Position numbers and translations under genes: made by a program. A stretch of 64,000 bases of DNA, from positions 58,654,001 to 58,718,000 of the forward strand of contig NW_024704743.1 of assembly GCF_018977255.1 (NCBI RefSeq), read 5' to 3'. Below are positions 1 through 12,716 of this stretch, piece after piece (the stretch's first letter is position 1; each line of letters begins with the position of its first letter). This stretch comes from Callorhinchus milii. Its lineage: Eukaryota. Below the pieces are notes generated by a model. That model saw only the letters and a list, made by a program, of their open reading frames with translations. It was not told where the DNA came from and made no database searches.

Positions 1-838
1 GGTTTGTGAGGTAGGACTCGAACCAGGCGAGTGCAGTCCCACTGAGGTGGATGACTGAGGAAAGGCGGTGGAGGAGGATGGTGTGATTGACTGTGTCGAA
101 TTCGGTGGAGAGGTCCAGGAGGACAAGGAGGCAGAGGGAACCCTGGTCACAGACAGAGAGGATGTCGTTTGTGACTTTCACAAGCGCGGTCTCTGTACTG
201 TGGGCAGCGTGGAAACCGGACTGGAGGGGTTCGAAGAGGGAGTGGGAGGAGAGGTGTGCGTGAAGTTGGTTTGCAACAATGCGTTCTAGGACTTTTGCGA
301 GGAAGGGCAGGTTAGGAATAGGTTGGTAATGGCTGTGGTTTGAGGGATCTAAGGAAGGTTTTTTGAGGAGGGGGGTGATGACAGTAGTTTTGAAGGGGGC
401 AGGCACTGATCCGGAGGAGAGGGACTGGTTGATCACATCAGCCAGTAGTGGGCAGAGGAGGGGGAGCTGGGTGACCAGTAAGTTGGTGGGGAGGTGGTCG
501 AGGCAGCAGGTGGTGGGTTTCATGGAGGTGATGGTGGGTGAGAAGGAGGAGGGAGAGATGGGGAGGAAGGAGTGTAGGATGGGGTTGGTGGTAGGAGCAG
601 ATGATGGGGAGGATGAGGGGGACAGAGAGGGCTTGGTGGTGAGTGACAAGAGGCAGGTGGATGAGGCTGCCTGGCGAATGTTGTGAATTTTAGATGAAAA
701 GGAGTCCATGACCTCCTCGCACTTGGCATTTGATATGAAGATTGAGGAGGCCTGAGGGGAGGCACGGAGGAGGTAGTCAGTGGTTGGAAAAAAGGATTTT
801 AGGGTTGTGTTTAGCCTCCAAGATGATGTTGGAGTATT
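1..838 (-). mobile_element. L2-clade LINE ORF2 fragment (RT region), decayed
   Basis: Minus strand encodes L2-like RT segments (e.g. TETALVKVTND, LLDLS.EFDTVNH); purine-rich plus strand typical of antisense L2; runs off the window edge. Confidence 0.85.
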
Positions 839-839
839 G

Positions 840-1043
840 TAAAGTAAATTGAATGTTTATTTTGTGGACAAAACACAGCAGCCAGTTTGCACACAGCAAA
901 TGGAGTGACCAATTTTATTTGGGGGAATTATTGGCAAGGACACTGGGAGAAACTCCCTTCTCTTTTTGAATAGTGCCATGGGATCTTTAGCGTCCACCTG
1001 AACAGGCAGACGGGACGTCAGTTTAATGTCTCATCCAAAGGAT
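840..1043 (-). mobile_element. Deu-domain SINE fragment
   Basis: Reverse complement of the ggatgagacattaaac..gatcccatggcactattcaaaaaga..cttgccaataatt body also seen at 2878, 13657 and 60335. Confidence 0.75.
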
Positions 1044-1779
1044 GTTCATCAAAGTCATTCAGTTCCCTGCAGGTTTAGGGGTCTATACTTTGATACTCTG
1101 CTGGACTAAGCATACAATCTCTGCAACACCAATTGTCTATCCATGGCTACATTCTGCCAGTCCACTGAGTATGGACGTGATTCCCTGATGGGCTGTGTCT
1201 CCTCCCATTTGAAACCTTCAAAGGATTTGAATGGAAACAAAATTCCCCATCAAAGAAAGGCCATGTGACATAACTGAAAGCATTCTTTGCCACAAATAAT
1301 TTTGTCTTATTCCAGTAGCTGTAAAACATGTCATCAATACACAGCAAGGCAACATGATGCCACATTTCAAATATCAAGTGGAAGGTTGGATAGTACAAAA
1401 TTAAATGGAACAGGAAAAGTACAGCAATTGCATTTCCTTCTGTCAGTTTGACGAATGTAGAATGGCATTTACTAACAACATGAGGGTTTAGAATTTAGCA
1501 CTATTGTTATCTAAGTCCAAGACACAGAATGTCTTTCATTAGAAAGAGTATGGACGCAATTGTTATTTCAGTTTATTCATGGATTATTAATATCACAGCA
1601 CTACTCTTGAAATACAGATGCTATCTGTCTGAATAATATTACCAAGTATGTTGTTTTAAAGTTATGATTTTATTCTGTGCAGAGTTTAACACGGCCCATA
1701 TTAAGTTTGTGTTACAAAAACAATATATCTGCAGTTTTATGACTTCCAGTCAAGTCTGGGTTTAAACTTCCAATTTTCT

Positions 1780-1935
1780 GCCCACAATAGTAAGTGTAAC
1801 CTTTGTAATCTGTTGACACATCATGCTCTATTAATTTCAGTGAAGTGCATGCTGTTCTGTACATCTGAGTAACTTTTAATGTTCCGCATATCTATTTGTA
1901 AAATTGTTGAATTGAATTTAAAATAAACTTTTAAA
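1780..1935. repeat. Left arm of a long imperfect inverted repeat (partner 3325-3485)
   Basis: tctgttgacacatcatgctctattaatttcagtgaagtgcatgctgttctg..gtaacttttaat matches the reverse complement of 3380-3460. Confidence 0.75.
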
Positions 1936-2019
1936 AAGAGTTTCATCACCAGAAATAAATTCAGAAAAATAATTATCTGTTACAGTCTCCATATTATCCA
2001 TAACATTCTGAATTATTTT

Positions 2020-2235
2020 GCCCATCTCACCTCCCAAACCACATCCTACTCATGAACCTCACCCTAGTACATCAGCCATCTCCGCTCACTCAAGGATCAG
2101 GTGCATGTCGCTGAACACATCTGCCTCAAATCTGATTTAACAGTCCACTGACAGATCTGGTTGGACCACATAAAAACGTACCAGTCTGCCCTCGCCTCTG
2201 CTAAATTATCCTCCTATTCCAAAGTAATCAATGTG
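2020..2235 (+). mobile_element. L2 ORF2 fragment (linker between APE and RT)
   Basis: Similar to the L2 segment at 5950-6290 (H.QIWLDH..Y...L..AK..YSKVI). Confidence 0.6.
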
Positions 2236-2399
2236 TCTCAGACCCAACCTTAGACGAGAACCCTACTGGACCAGTGTCACACGGAGTACAGATGAAATGA
2301 AACTTCACTGACAACATGTGGAATTTCAAAACTGCCAAGGAATAGGATTCTCATATAATTGAAGGCTACAAAATATCTAACAGTTCGTTGAGTTTTTTT

Positions 2400-2676
2400 T
2401 GGTCAGCTGGGTGTCTGTCACATGCAAAAACCCATCACCCTGCTTAAGAATATCCAAACCAAGCTGAGATTTCCATGCATCCCACCTACATATGGAAATC
2501 CTAAAGATAGATTGTTGGAATGGAATGTACACTCTCTCCCTGGAGGGATGCATCCTGCTTATCTAATTCCGGAAAGTATTAAATGCAGGTTGGCAAGAGC
2601 CAAAGCCTGGTGACCCCACAGTGTCGACTGGGTACTGCTGGAGTCTAACCAACTAAAACCGCATAGCTTGCCATTA
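2400..2676 (+). repeat. Unclassified dispersed repeat family X, 5' part
   Basis: Aligns by eye with 7130-7329, 11400-11688(-), 47375-47580(-) and 57519-57792. Confidence 0.8.
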
Positions 2677-2877
2677 TTGGTTAAATATCTCAGATGCTAT
2701 AATTACAACGATTATATAATTATAATTATAATTTCCGACGTGAAAAGCGCTATATCAAATGCAAGGATTATTATTATTTTATTATTATTATTTATAAATG
2801 GTCTGTTAATAAAGTTTAACATAATTAATCATCATTTCTGAAATAAAGTCACCAGTTGTAAAACTAATAACAAACAG

Positions 2878-3310
2878 ATGTCCGCCTGGCTTAGTTGACT
2901 CAGCCTCTGAGTTAGAAGGTTACAGGTTTAAGCGACATTGTGGGAAGCAGGACATTAAACTCACACTCCAGGGTGACTCTCCAATATAGTGCAGGGGGAG
3001 CACTGCATTTTTTGGAGGTGCCATCTTCTGGATGAAACATTAAACTTACAATCCTGTCTGCCTGTCTGAGAGCAATTGAGGATCCCATGGCACTGTTCGA
3101 AAAGAAAACAGAATTTTTACCATTGTCCTGGCCAACAATCTCACAATCTCACAAATTGAATTGGGCATTCACTTCATGACTGTTTATGGGACATTTCTGT
3201 GTGCATATTCGCTGCTATGTAGTCACTACAGTAAACCTTGTGAAGCATTTTGAGACTAGCTCCTGATGTGGAAGGTGCTACATCAAATGCATGGATCATT
3301 GTTTTATTAT
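2878..3310 (+). mobile_element. Old tRNA-headed Deu-domain SINE with L2-type tail (SacSINE1/AmnSINE-like)
   Basis: tRNA-like head; ggaggtgccatcttctggatgaaacattaaac core; gatcccatggcactgttcgaaaag; tail tgtgaagcattttgagac..atcaaatgca. Confidence 0.75.
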
Positions 3311-4344
3311 TATATTATGCGATTCTACCTAAAAGTTAGTTTAAATTAAATTCAACAATTTCAAAAGTAGACATGAAGAGTTATTAAAAGTTACCCATAT
3401 ATTCAGAACAGCACACACTTCACTGAAATTAATGGAGCCCAGAGTGTCAACAGATAAAGGAACACCTCCCACCATCACAGTAATAAAATCATTGAGCAGC
3501 TCCAATAAAGGACAGCATGCTTCATTATCTGAAGAACATAACTACATTATTCTGTTTATTTAGGGAAATTATTATTTGATTTAGCCAGGTACTGGATTAC
3601 TGTGCGAGCATTACATTCATTATTAATTATGAAATGAAATAATTTGTCAGCCGGTATCTTCAATAATCCTGTTCTTTTGCCTAGTTTCTCTTAGCTGCAT
3701 TTTCCAGGGTCTGAAAATAATACTTTAGAATAGTTTTCTGCTCCAGAATATGTTTCCTCAACTGCTCAGTAACAACACTACAGTCTCGAATTTCACCTAC
3801 TTTCGATTCCTGAAATCATTTTGCTTTCAAATTTAATATTAAATAGAATGGTGAAAAATTCTTAAATTCGGTCTGAATTTGGAATCTGTTCTTAAAAAAA
3901 AGACTTCTAATTTGAGATTGAATTTGAATATTTTCCACAGTCGCGTACTACATTCATCCACAAAATACAGTCAAACCACTTTACAGTATATCCTGTGAAG
4001 CGCTTTGAGACATCTCAACGATGTGATAAGGTGCTATATCAAATGTAAGGTTTATCATTAATATTTAAGACAAAATGGTTTTACAAACCAAGACTAGGTT
4101 ACAAGGCTTGAAATCAGAATAATTGGTCATTATTTTTTGTGAAATTAAATTTGATCACTCTGTGGGACAATTGTATTGCAATCCATTACAACCAGCGATA
4201 TTTTCAATGCTTGTTTATAATGGATAATCCCATTACACCAATAAACAATTAAAGAAAATCATTCGAAAATGTTGATGTGAAAAATAAAGCCAACACCATT
4301 ATCATTTTAATCAGCAGAGTGACAATTCGTATCATTGTACCTAA

Positions 4345-4545
4345 AAACAACAATAACAACAACAACTTGTACGTATAAAGCACCCTCCACACAGCGTAGT
4401 GTCTCAGAATGCTTAACAGTGGCGGAGCCTGACTCCGAGCCAGGAGGAGGGGGGAGGGGGGAGGTGGCCGTAAACACGGTCCAATAGGAAAGTTTTTTGA
4501 GACGGGACTTGAAAGAAGGGAGAGAAGGGGCAAGTCAGAGGGATT
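4345..4545 (-). mobile_element. L2 3' end
   Basis: (aac)n tail followed by the reverse complement of the L2 3' stem-loop region and the FKSRLK-like ORF end. Confidence 0.75.
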
Positions 4546-4549
4546 GATT

Positions 4550-5545
4550 AACTTCCACATGTATGCGGATGACACCCAACTCTACCTTTCCTCCTCTACC
4601 CTCAACTCCACGACCACCGATGTCCTGACAGCTGCCTGTCCGACATTGAGTCCTGGACGAGAGACAACTTTCTTCAGCTCAACGTGCGGAAAACTGATGC
4701 CCTCCTGATTGGCTCACGTCAGCGCCTCCGCACCTCAGGCGCTGACAGCATCAGCATCCAAGGCTGCACTCTCCACCTCTCAAAGCCAATCAGGAACCTC
4801 GGTGTTCTGTTCGACCCTGAGCTGTCCTTTCTCCCTCATATCCGCGCCACAACTGACACCACCTTCCATCACCCCCGGAATATCACCAGACTACGGCACT
4901 ACCTCACCCCTCACGCTGCTGAAACTCTGGTCCCCTCCTTTATCACCTCAAGGCTGGACTATGGGAACTCTCTCCTCGCCGGCCTTCCCGCCACCTCCCT
5001 CCACAAGCTGCAGGTCATTCAGAACTCTGCAGCTCGTGTACTGTCCCGCACCAGGCTTCGGGAACACATCACTCCCACCCTCGCTCGCCTCCACTGGCTC
5101 CCCATCCCCCAGAGGATCGAATTCAAGATCCTCATCCTCACCTACAAGGCCATTCACGGCCTTGCTCCCTCCTACCTCTCTGATTTACTATCCCCCTACC
5201 TACCTGCCCCTACCCTCCGTTCCTCTGGCTCCGGTCTGCTCCACATCCCCCGCCCCAACCGCCCTACCATCAGTGGCCGGGCCTTCAGCCTCTCAGCCCC
5301 GAGGCTCTGGAACTCCATCCCCCAGTGCCTTCGTTGCCTCCTCCCTTTCCTCCTTCAAGGCTGGTTTCAAGACCTTTCTCTTTGACCGTGCCTTCAGCTC
5401 CCCTCTCGACTCTCTACCACCTCCTCGTTCCCTCCCTTCCCTCCCTCACCGTGACCCGGCTCGGGTCCTGACCCAACTGTACAGCTCCTTGGGACGTCCT
5501 TCCAACGAGAAAGGCGCTCTATAAATGGAATCTTGTTGTTGTTGT
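4550..5545 (+). mobile_element. Young 5'-truncated L2 LINE (RT C-terminus plus 3' UTR)
   Basis: Encodes HMYADDTQ, RNLGVLFD, SRLDYGNSLL, LHWLP and GRAFS..AP.LWNS; ends ataaatggaatct(tgt)n; near-identical to 40090-40741. Confidence 0.92.
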
Positions 5546-6380
5546 AGATGGGATGGTAGTGTGTGAGATTAGAGGAATCGAAAGTGGGTTTTTTGAGGAG
5601 CAGTGTTATGGCAGCGGTTTTCAGGGGGAGTGGAGCAGAGCCGGAGGAAAGAATCTGGATGACTGTGTTGGCCAGCAGAGGGGAGAGGAGGGGAAGTTGA
5701 GTGACCAGCAGCTGGTGAGGAGGAGGTCAAGGTAGAAGGTGGTGAACTTCATCCGGGTGATTGTGGTTGAGAGGGAGGAGGGAGAATTGGGGGCAAAGGA
5801 GTGTAAGGAGGGAAGAGTGGCAGGAGCACGGCGGAGGGAGAAGGCGGTGTGGATGGTCTGGGTGAGGTGGAAGGGGACATTGGGTGGGCGGACAAGCAGC
5901 CAAGCAAATTTTTCAATTTTTGAGGCAAAGAAATCTAGGAGCTCTTTGCACTTCACGTTCGACATGAGGATAGAGGGAGCTTGAGGGTGTGCATGGAGGA
6001 GATGATAGACAGTGGAAAACAGCGTTTTTGGATTGTTGTTTGCCTCCAGGATGACTTTGGAGTAAAAGTCAGTTTTGCCTGTGAAAGGAAGAGGTGGTAA
6101 GTGCGGAGGTGCTCGAGCCACAGCTGGCGGTGAATCGTGAGGCAGGATTTCTGCCATCTGCGCTCGAGCATCCGGATTTGTGTTTTGAATGAGCGGAGAT
6201 GACTGTTGCACCAGGGGAAGAGGGTGGGTTTGAAAACAACCCTGGATTTCAGGGGAGCAAAGGGAAATTGAAGGTTGTGGAGAGACAGTCATTCAGCAGC
6301 ATGACAGCAATATCAGGATCAGCCAGAGGGAGAGGAGGTCCAAGGAAGAGAGGGCATTTGTGAGGATCTCAGCAATTAAA
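5546..6380 (-). mobile_element. L2 ORF2 middle fragment
   Basis: Minus ORF 5621-6292 has FYSKVILEANNNPKTLFSTV..LL and LLDFFASKIEK, typical of L2. Confidence 0.8.
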
Positions 6381-7129
6381 AGCAAAGAGTCGACAGAAGT
6401 AGGAAATATAAAACCATGGACTTGACTCCAGTGAGTTTAGTTGTCTTAAGGCCATACACCATCTAGGTTATAATAATATTAATCCATCTATTTGATGTAG
6501 GGAGGATGTTTCAAAGTGCTTCCCAAGATTGGATGTAGAGTGTAGTATTGTGTATTTTGATACCTAAAATAACTGTAGGTTAAGGATAATGTAGTGGTAA
6601 GAATATAAGAGTTTAAGAAAAGAAAATTTCCTAACAGTGTATAATGCCTCCAACGGGTCAGTGCTAATCTCATTAAAAAAAAATCTAATCTTCCAGGAAA
6701 GGTGCTGCTGTTTGGTTAAGGTTCAATAATTAAAAACAATACACTGAAATTAGCTAAACCACATGGGTGTACCAGGTTAATAACTTCTATGGAATGTTTG
6801 ACCTCAAGCACATCAGAAAAATATAATGCACCCAGAGTAGTCAATAAACCATTATTTCTTTATTGCTGTATAAGTATTTTCCTGTTGTAAAATTCTCATT
6901 ATAATGGTAAAGATCTGCATGGTGCCAGGTTCAATTATCAAAACAACCATTGTGATTCTTTTTCGTTTAAAGCTGAGTTGCATTGCATTTATTTTACTGT
7001 GGCATACTTCACCTTGAGTGCACCTGATATTGTATTGAGTTGGGAAGATAATGCTTCCTTTGTTGATGCTATCATTTGTTCCCTCAGCTTGATGAGTCCA
7101 TGTACACATATATTTTTTGGGGTGGGGGG

Positions 7130-7329
7130 GATCAGCCGGATATGTGGAAACTCTTTAGCATGCTTTAGAGTAGCCAAACCAAATTAAGAGTTCCATTCAT
7201 CCCACCTCTCTGTGGGAATTCCAGAGAAATTTGTTGGAATGGAATGTGCATTCTTTCCCTGGAAGGACACATCCTGCTTACCTAATTCCAGAAAGTAATA
7301 GGTGGAGGTTGGCAAGAACCAAGGCTTTA
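7130..7329 (+). repeat. Family X copy, cut by a SINE insertion
   Basis: tgttggaatggaatgtgcattctttccctggaaggacacatcctgcttacctaattccagaaag matches 2510-2580. Confidence 0.8.
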
Positions 7330-7660
7330 GTGGAGTCCTGTAGCTCAGTGGTTAGAGCACTCGCTTTGCAAGTGAGAGACCTGAGTTCAATTCCAGGCAG
7401 AGGGCGAAACCTTGGGCAAGTTTCCTTACTCCACACGCCTAATAATAATTCCTCCAAAACCAAAAACAATAATAAATTGGTCATTTTCAATCTACGACTG
7501 TTTGCGGGACATTGCTGTGCGCAATTGGCTGCCGCGTTCGCCCACAAATATACAGTCAATTCACTTTACCGTGTGTTCTGTGAAGCGCTTTGGGACGTCC
7601 TCCCGACGTGAAAAGCGCTATATCAAATGCAAGGATTATTATTATTATTATTATTATTAT
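7330..7660 (+). mobile_element. Young tRNA-derived composite SINE, short variant
   Basis: Head gtggagtcctgtagctcagtggttagagc (A box) and gttcaattcc (B box); tail cgacgtgaaaagcgctatatcaaatgcaagg(att)n. Confidence 0.92.
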
Positions 7661-7667
7661 ACCAGAC

Positions 7668-7754
7668 AAACAGAAACCATACATATGTGAATCTCTCAGT
7701 AGGTTGTACACTCATGGTGATGGATTTCCCATGTGTCAAACATTGGCTGACTAC
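7668..7754 (-). repeat. Family X 5' fragment, inverted relative to 7130-7329
   Basis: Reverse complement gtagtcagccaatgtttgacacatgggaaatccatcaccatg matches the family start. Confidence 0.7.
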
Positions 7755-9719
7755 AAGGCATTGGAACATTGTCCATGATCAAAGCAAAATTGCAAATTTG
7801 TAAATATAATAATAATAATAATCCTTGCATTTGATATAGTGTCTTATCACTGTATTGCAGTGTCAACATGGATGTACATGGGTCCCAAGTCCCGATGTGA
7901 GTCTTGAACCCACAGCCTTCTATCTCATAGGTAAAAGTGCTACAAGCTGAGCCAGGCTGACAAATATGTGAGGGTTCACCAGGGCGTTGAAAACCTCGGC
8001 ACAGCCTCTAATAACAATCGTAGACTCCAAATGAAATGCGAAAGGAAATAGATGATTTTCTTTCTTTTGATGCACGACACCAAAACACATCACATTGTGA
8101 AACTTTCATCAACTCACAACCAGCAAATGCAGTTCAATTTAAAAATGGAGATACTTGTTTTTTGTCTTACAATTCAATGTTGTGTCATTATTTTGCACTT
8201 TAGGCATACATTTCATACCGATCTTTTTGTTTAGAAGACTTTAAATAATCCTTGACTAATTATGGTTGGATTCAGCGTGGAAGCAGCTATTAGACTCAGA
8301 AGGATTAAGATGAGATTTATCCCAAATCATGCTGTCTATAAAGAGAAGCACTAAGCATTTGCTATATTCTAGAAAAAAAATAACTGGAGCTTGGTTTAAA
8401 AAAAGGAGGAAACCCACAACTTTGATTAAGTGGGATCAGGATTTCAGCATTATATGTATTCTTTTGTGTGAATAGTGAAGAGCAAGTATGATGCCCAAGA
8501 GACAGATGGAGAAAGAGTGTATAATCAGCTCAGGCAAGGAAAGGTGAATTTGCATTGGAGTGTCAGCCTAGACTATATGAGTCCAAAGTCCCAAAAAGGG
8601 ACTTGATCATTCATTTGTTCATGTCCACCCTACCTTAAAGAAATAGTAAATTCTTCTGGTTGAGCTTTAAAATATATTAGCATTTTGTTACAGTTTAACA
8701 GATGTCATATTTTTGTGCAGAGAAAATGCAGTTGTCTTCAAATATGTATTTTAGGGATCAGACTGAAGTATACTCGAATTGATTGCTGTTGGTATTTATA
8801 CTTTTAATGAATATATTTGTCACCTCTAAAGAGAATATTAAGGATGATCTATGAAGGCAGTATTATTATTTTAGTCATAATTATTGCGTGAAGAAATCTA
8901 GATAAGAATTGTTCAAACCATCACAGCGCAGCTGTTCTATGTTTCCATTTGGTGTCTAGGCTGCCAAGAGCCTGCTTTGCATTCTGATCTCTAAAAGGCT
9001 GATTAATGTGGTCTAGAGGGAGACTGTCAGAAATGGCAGACTGAATCAAGGGATTTCCCTTCAATATCCAAATGACACATAGCAGGAAGAGAATTAAATA
9101 GATGACTAACCAATGCCCTTTTGCCTGCAGATGAAGATGGGATTGCAAAGTTGTAAACCTCAACATGACATTTCACTGGATTAAGTCTCTCTGTGATTCG
9201 ACTGTAGTTTTTAATCACCGTGCTTTCTTGATCTGAAGTGCTTTAGCCCCGGCTCTGAGTGTGTTTGCCGAAGTCCTCACTGGAGTAACTCGCAAACATT
9301 TATCCACAGAGAAGCAGCACGCTATCACTGAGTGGGGAGAATTATGGGCTTCTAGATATTTAATTAAAAAATTAAGCAGAAAAGCTTTAGTGTCAACATT
9401 CACAAGCAGTTAGCATGGCAAAACATTAGTGGAATTGAGTTTACTTGCAAATGTTTATCTGTGAGTTGCAATAGCTTCAGGTTCATTGTGCCTCATGCTG
9501 TTAATTTAGGTTTTGAATCTGTGCCCCATGCTGACTTTTCTATTCTGCTGATCCATCTGGTAGGGCATAATAAAGACAAGAACACTACAAAGGCTTCAAT
9601 GAAGACCGAAGTGAAGGGTTTCCTGTATCTTAGCCAGAATCTGTCGTGTTGGCAGACAATCGGTTGTCTTTTCTAATCTTGGCCTTTGTTTTTTTTTCTC
9701 CTTCAAATTTCTCTACTTA

Positions 9720-9970
9720 ACTGCTGAAGATGCTGACTCTTTGCCTCCAGTCTTTTGGCCAAATAAGCATTTCTCATGTGTGAGCTTAGACAGTGAGTGC
9801 TGGCAAGCTGTTTGTTCCTTAGATCCTTCCTTATTATGGTACCTAGCATTCTCTACTGTCATCCTGACTGAAATCAGTTAGTTGAACCCAGACTATTGAA
9901 GCTGAGACTTTCTGGGACTGTATCAGTTGATTCTACTTCAAGACTTTACCAAGTGAGCCATAGGAAAAGT
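9720..9970 (-). mobile_element. LF-SINE-like element, decayed
   Basis: catgtgtgagcttagacagtgagtgctggca shared with 14213-14240; reverse tRNA-like head near 9940-9965. Confidence 0.55.
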
Positions 9971-11171
9971 TCAAGTGATACATCATTTTGAGCTCAGATT
10001 CAGAGAATGAAAATTTCAATTCCTGATGTATTAAATAACAAACAAAAATCATTGCACTTGATCATAATTCCTTTAAACATGACAAGGCGCTACAAAAATT
10101 CAAGTTTATTCTTTCATCTAACAAGTTGGTGAAAATGTTGCTTTGTTGATAACTAAAGATATCGACTGGTCTGCGAGTGTGCTTTCCCGAATCTGTCCCA
10201 GTGGTTTGCCCCAAACCAGGCTGTAGCAGACATTGGATCTGCCAGGCCATGGATTGGAGCAACGAACTGATAGTTAGCAGGTTTTCCTGTCACTTCCTTG
10301 CTGAATTAAGCTAATATGCCACTAAGCCGCACTTTAATGCCATGATTCAGCCACTAAGCCCTGAATCTCCAGAACTCCTTGCCTCGATTCTTCCATTTTG
10401 ACCCTTCTTCAACCATGTCCGGTCACCTCACCTCCCCCAACTTCTGGCACAGCCAACCTACGCTGCTATTAAGTGCCACCCATGTGAAGCATGTTGTATA
10501 AATGTACGTTGTTGTATGATCCACAAGTGAAGAGCCCAGTGAACACTACAGGACTAGCTTCAGGTTAACCATTGTGATGGAGTTAGGGATGGGGTTGGAA
10601 ACTTATAGTCACAGACCAGATTACATCTTAAGTTTAACAATATTTTGTCAAATAGGAAACATTGGATTTCACTAGGCTAATGCTGTTGACAGACCAGCCA
10701 GCCAACATTTACACAATATATACATCAATTTACTTTACAGTATATTCTGTGAAGCACTTTGAAATGTCTCGAAGACATGATAAGGCGCTGTATCATATGC
10801 AAGGATTATTATTACTACGGCACAGGTTTTAGCTGGTCTGTTATAAATTGAAGACCTTTGCTATTTTATAATAATAATTCTTGTATTTGATACAGCACAT
10901 TATTATTGTCAAACTCCAAGGACTCCAAGACACTACCTCGCATGAAGAGCATTACATAAAGGTAAGTTGTTGTCAAGGCATCTCAAAGCATTTCACAGGA
11001 TTTACTGAAGAATACAGTGACTATGTATTTTGTAGGCAAATGACTACAAAAATAACTTACTTGCATGCTTTCCAAATCAAATAATATATTAATGACTATC
11101 CTTTGGAGGGGGAGCGGGAGGGGAGGTGGATAAACTGAGTGTTTCTAGGTGATCTGAAATAAAGATGTAAT

Positions 11172-11688
11172 ACTTGGCAATGGAATGTTGGAATAGAGTC
11201 AATCCGCTATGGCGATCTGAGTAGTCTGGTTCCTGAACCAGATGGGTTGAGTACTGCTGATGACAGACCATCAAGCATTGGCTCATCAGCAGAATGTGAA
11301 GGGGCAGACTGGTCACTGGGATCAGTAATTCTTCTCACTCAACTCCTGTTAACACCGCAAGCCAAACCCTTAATGGATTGGATGGTGCTAGTTGGACAAG
11401 CAACAGGAGCTTGCCAGACCGTGCACTCAAATACAAGTTTTGCAGTTTTAGCTGGTTAAATCCCCACACACTTTTCACTCAAGCCTTGGCTCCTCCCATC
11501 CTCAAATACTTTCTGGCAATTAGGAAAGCAGATATGTCCCTCCAGGCTGAGAGTGACAATTTCATTCCAGACACAGAAAAATACCCATGTATAGATGGCA
11601 TACATATGTGGAACTTTCAGGCTTACTTGAAAACTCTTAAGCACAAAGGTGGGTTGCCGCATGTGTCTGACACCCAGCTGACCAAAAT
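11172..11688 (-). repeat. Family X, longest copy (parts A and B)
   Basis: Reverse complement aligns to 2400-2676 and continues into the sequence seen at 17400-17530. Confidence 0.8.
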
Positions 11689-12716
11689 AGACATATTGCA
11701 TGGTAAGAGTATGATACCCAAATACACATAGCATTAAATTCTCAAACTTTGTGACTGGCAAGATATTGTTAATTCCCTGATGTTCTCTTCTCCCTTTTTA
11801 TCTCTTGTTTTTCTTCCCTGTTTTGATAGTTTGCCTCATTATCTTCTCATGTTTGCAAAAGTGGAATGTGCATGAGCTGCAAGAGGGACTACTATTCAGA
11901 CAAAGCAGAGCTAAAAAATCAGTGACAACATTTCAGCGTTAAATAATGATTTTCATATCAGATAGCACAATGTAGGTTAATATATTCATCATTATGTGTG
12001 TCAAAAAGTATTTGCTAGTCTATTGCCAGCCTGATTACTTTTGACAGTTTCGATACCAACACAACATCTAATGAATAAAATATGGATACCAAGACTGGTC
12101 TGATTGGGATTTAATGCTCTTTTCACATTTAAGTTACAGTTAATTCTTTAATAGTATGTTTGTATGGTTCAACATTGCATCTGTTTGACAGCTTTCAACA
12201 GCCTCCTCCCCACCCCCACATATACACATACATTCCCGCCGCCACAACCCAATTTCTTCCCAGCTCCAGTTCATATTCAACCTTCGTAAATCACTTTGAG
12301 ACAATCTCCTAAGGTATAAATGCAAATTGTGCTTGTTTCCGTTAACCTTCTTCACCTGCTATTTTTCCTTTGTTTGCATTATTTATTTATTTTATATGGA
12401 ATAAAATGTACAGAACACAGTTAAGAATATATTTAAGATGATTACTGATTATTAACGACAACTTGCATTTATATAGTGCACTTCAGGAGTAACGTGAAGA
12501 AATCTTCTTAAGTTCACGTTCTGCTTTTCTGGCTGCAATACTGCATGAAACTCCATGAGGCTGCATGAAACTGGGTTCTGTAGTGTAGTCATACATAGAC
12601 TATATTAGAACAAGATTGTTTTAGGAAAATGAAGCCACCTGTATGTGATTGATTGTAATGCCTTTATATATTAAAAATAATCTGGTTTTATTTAGTTGAA
12701 ATTATTTCTTATTTTC

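Noticed and set aside
4709..5524. Pro/Ser-rich ORFs (also 39967-40587 and 16785-17378) and Gly/Glu-rich antisense ORFs
   Set aside because: Alternative-frame or antisense readings of C-rich L2 sequence
7330..7405. tRNA-Ala-like sequence (and similar heads at 22898, 29469, 35658, 44214, 51653, 55124 and 57456)
   Set aside because: Each continues into the same SINE body and tail and lacks a proper acceptor stem; these are SINE heads, not tRNA genes
9105..9185. Strong plus-strand branch point and acceptor (gactaac..ttttgcctgcag)
   Set aside because: All frames stop within 18 codons and there is no convincing donor; a non-coding or terminal exon cannot be excluded
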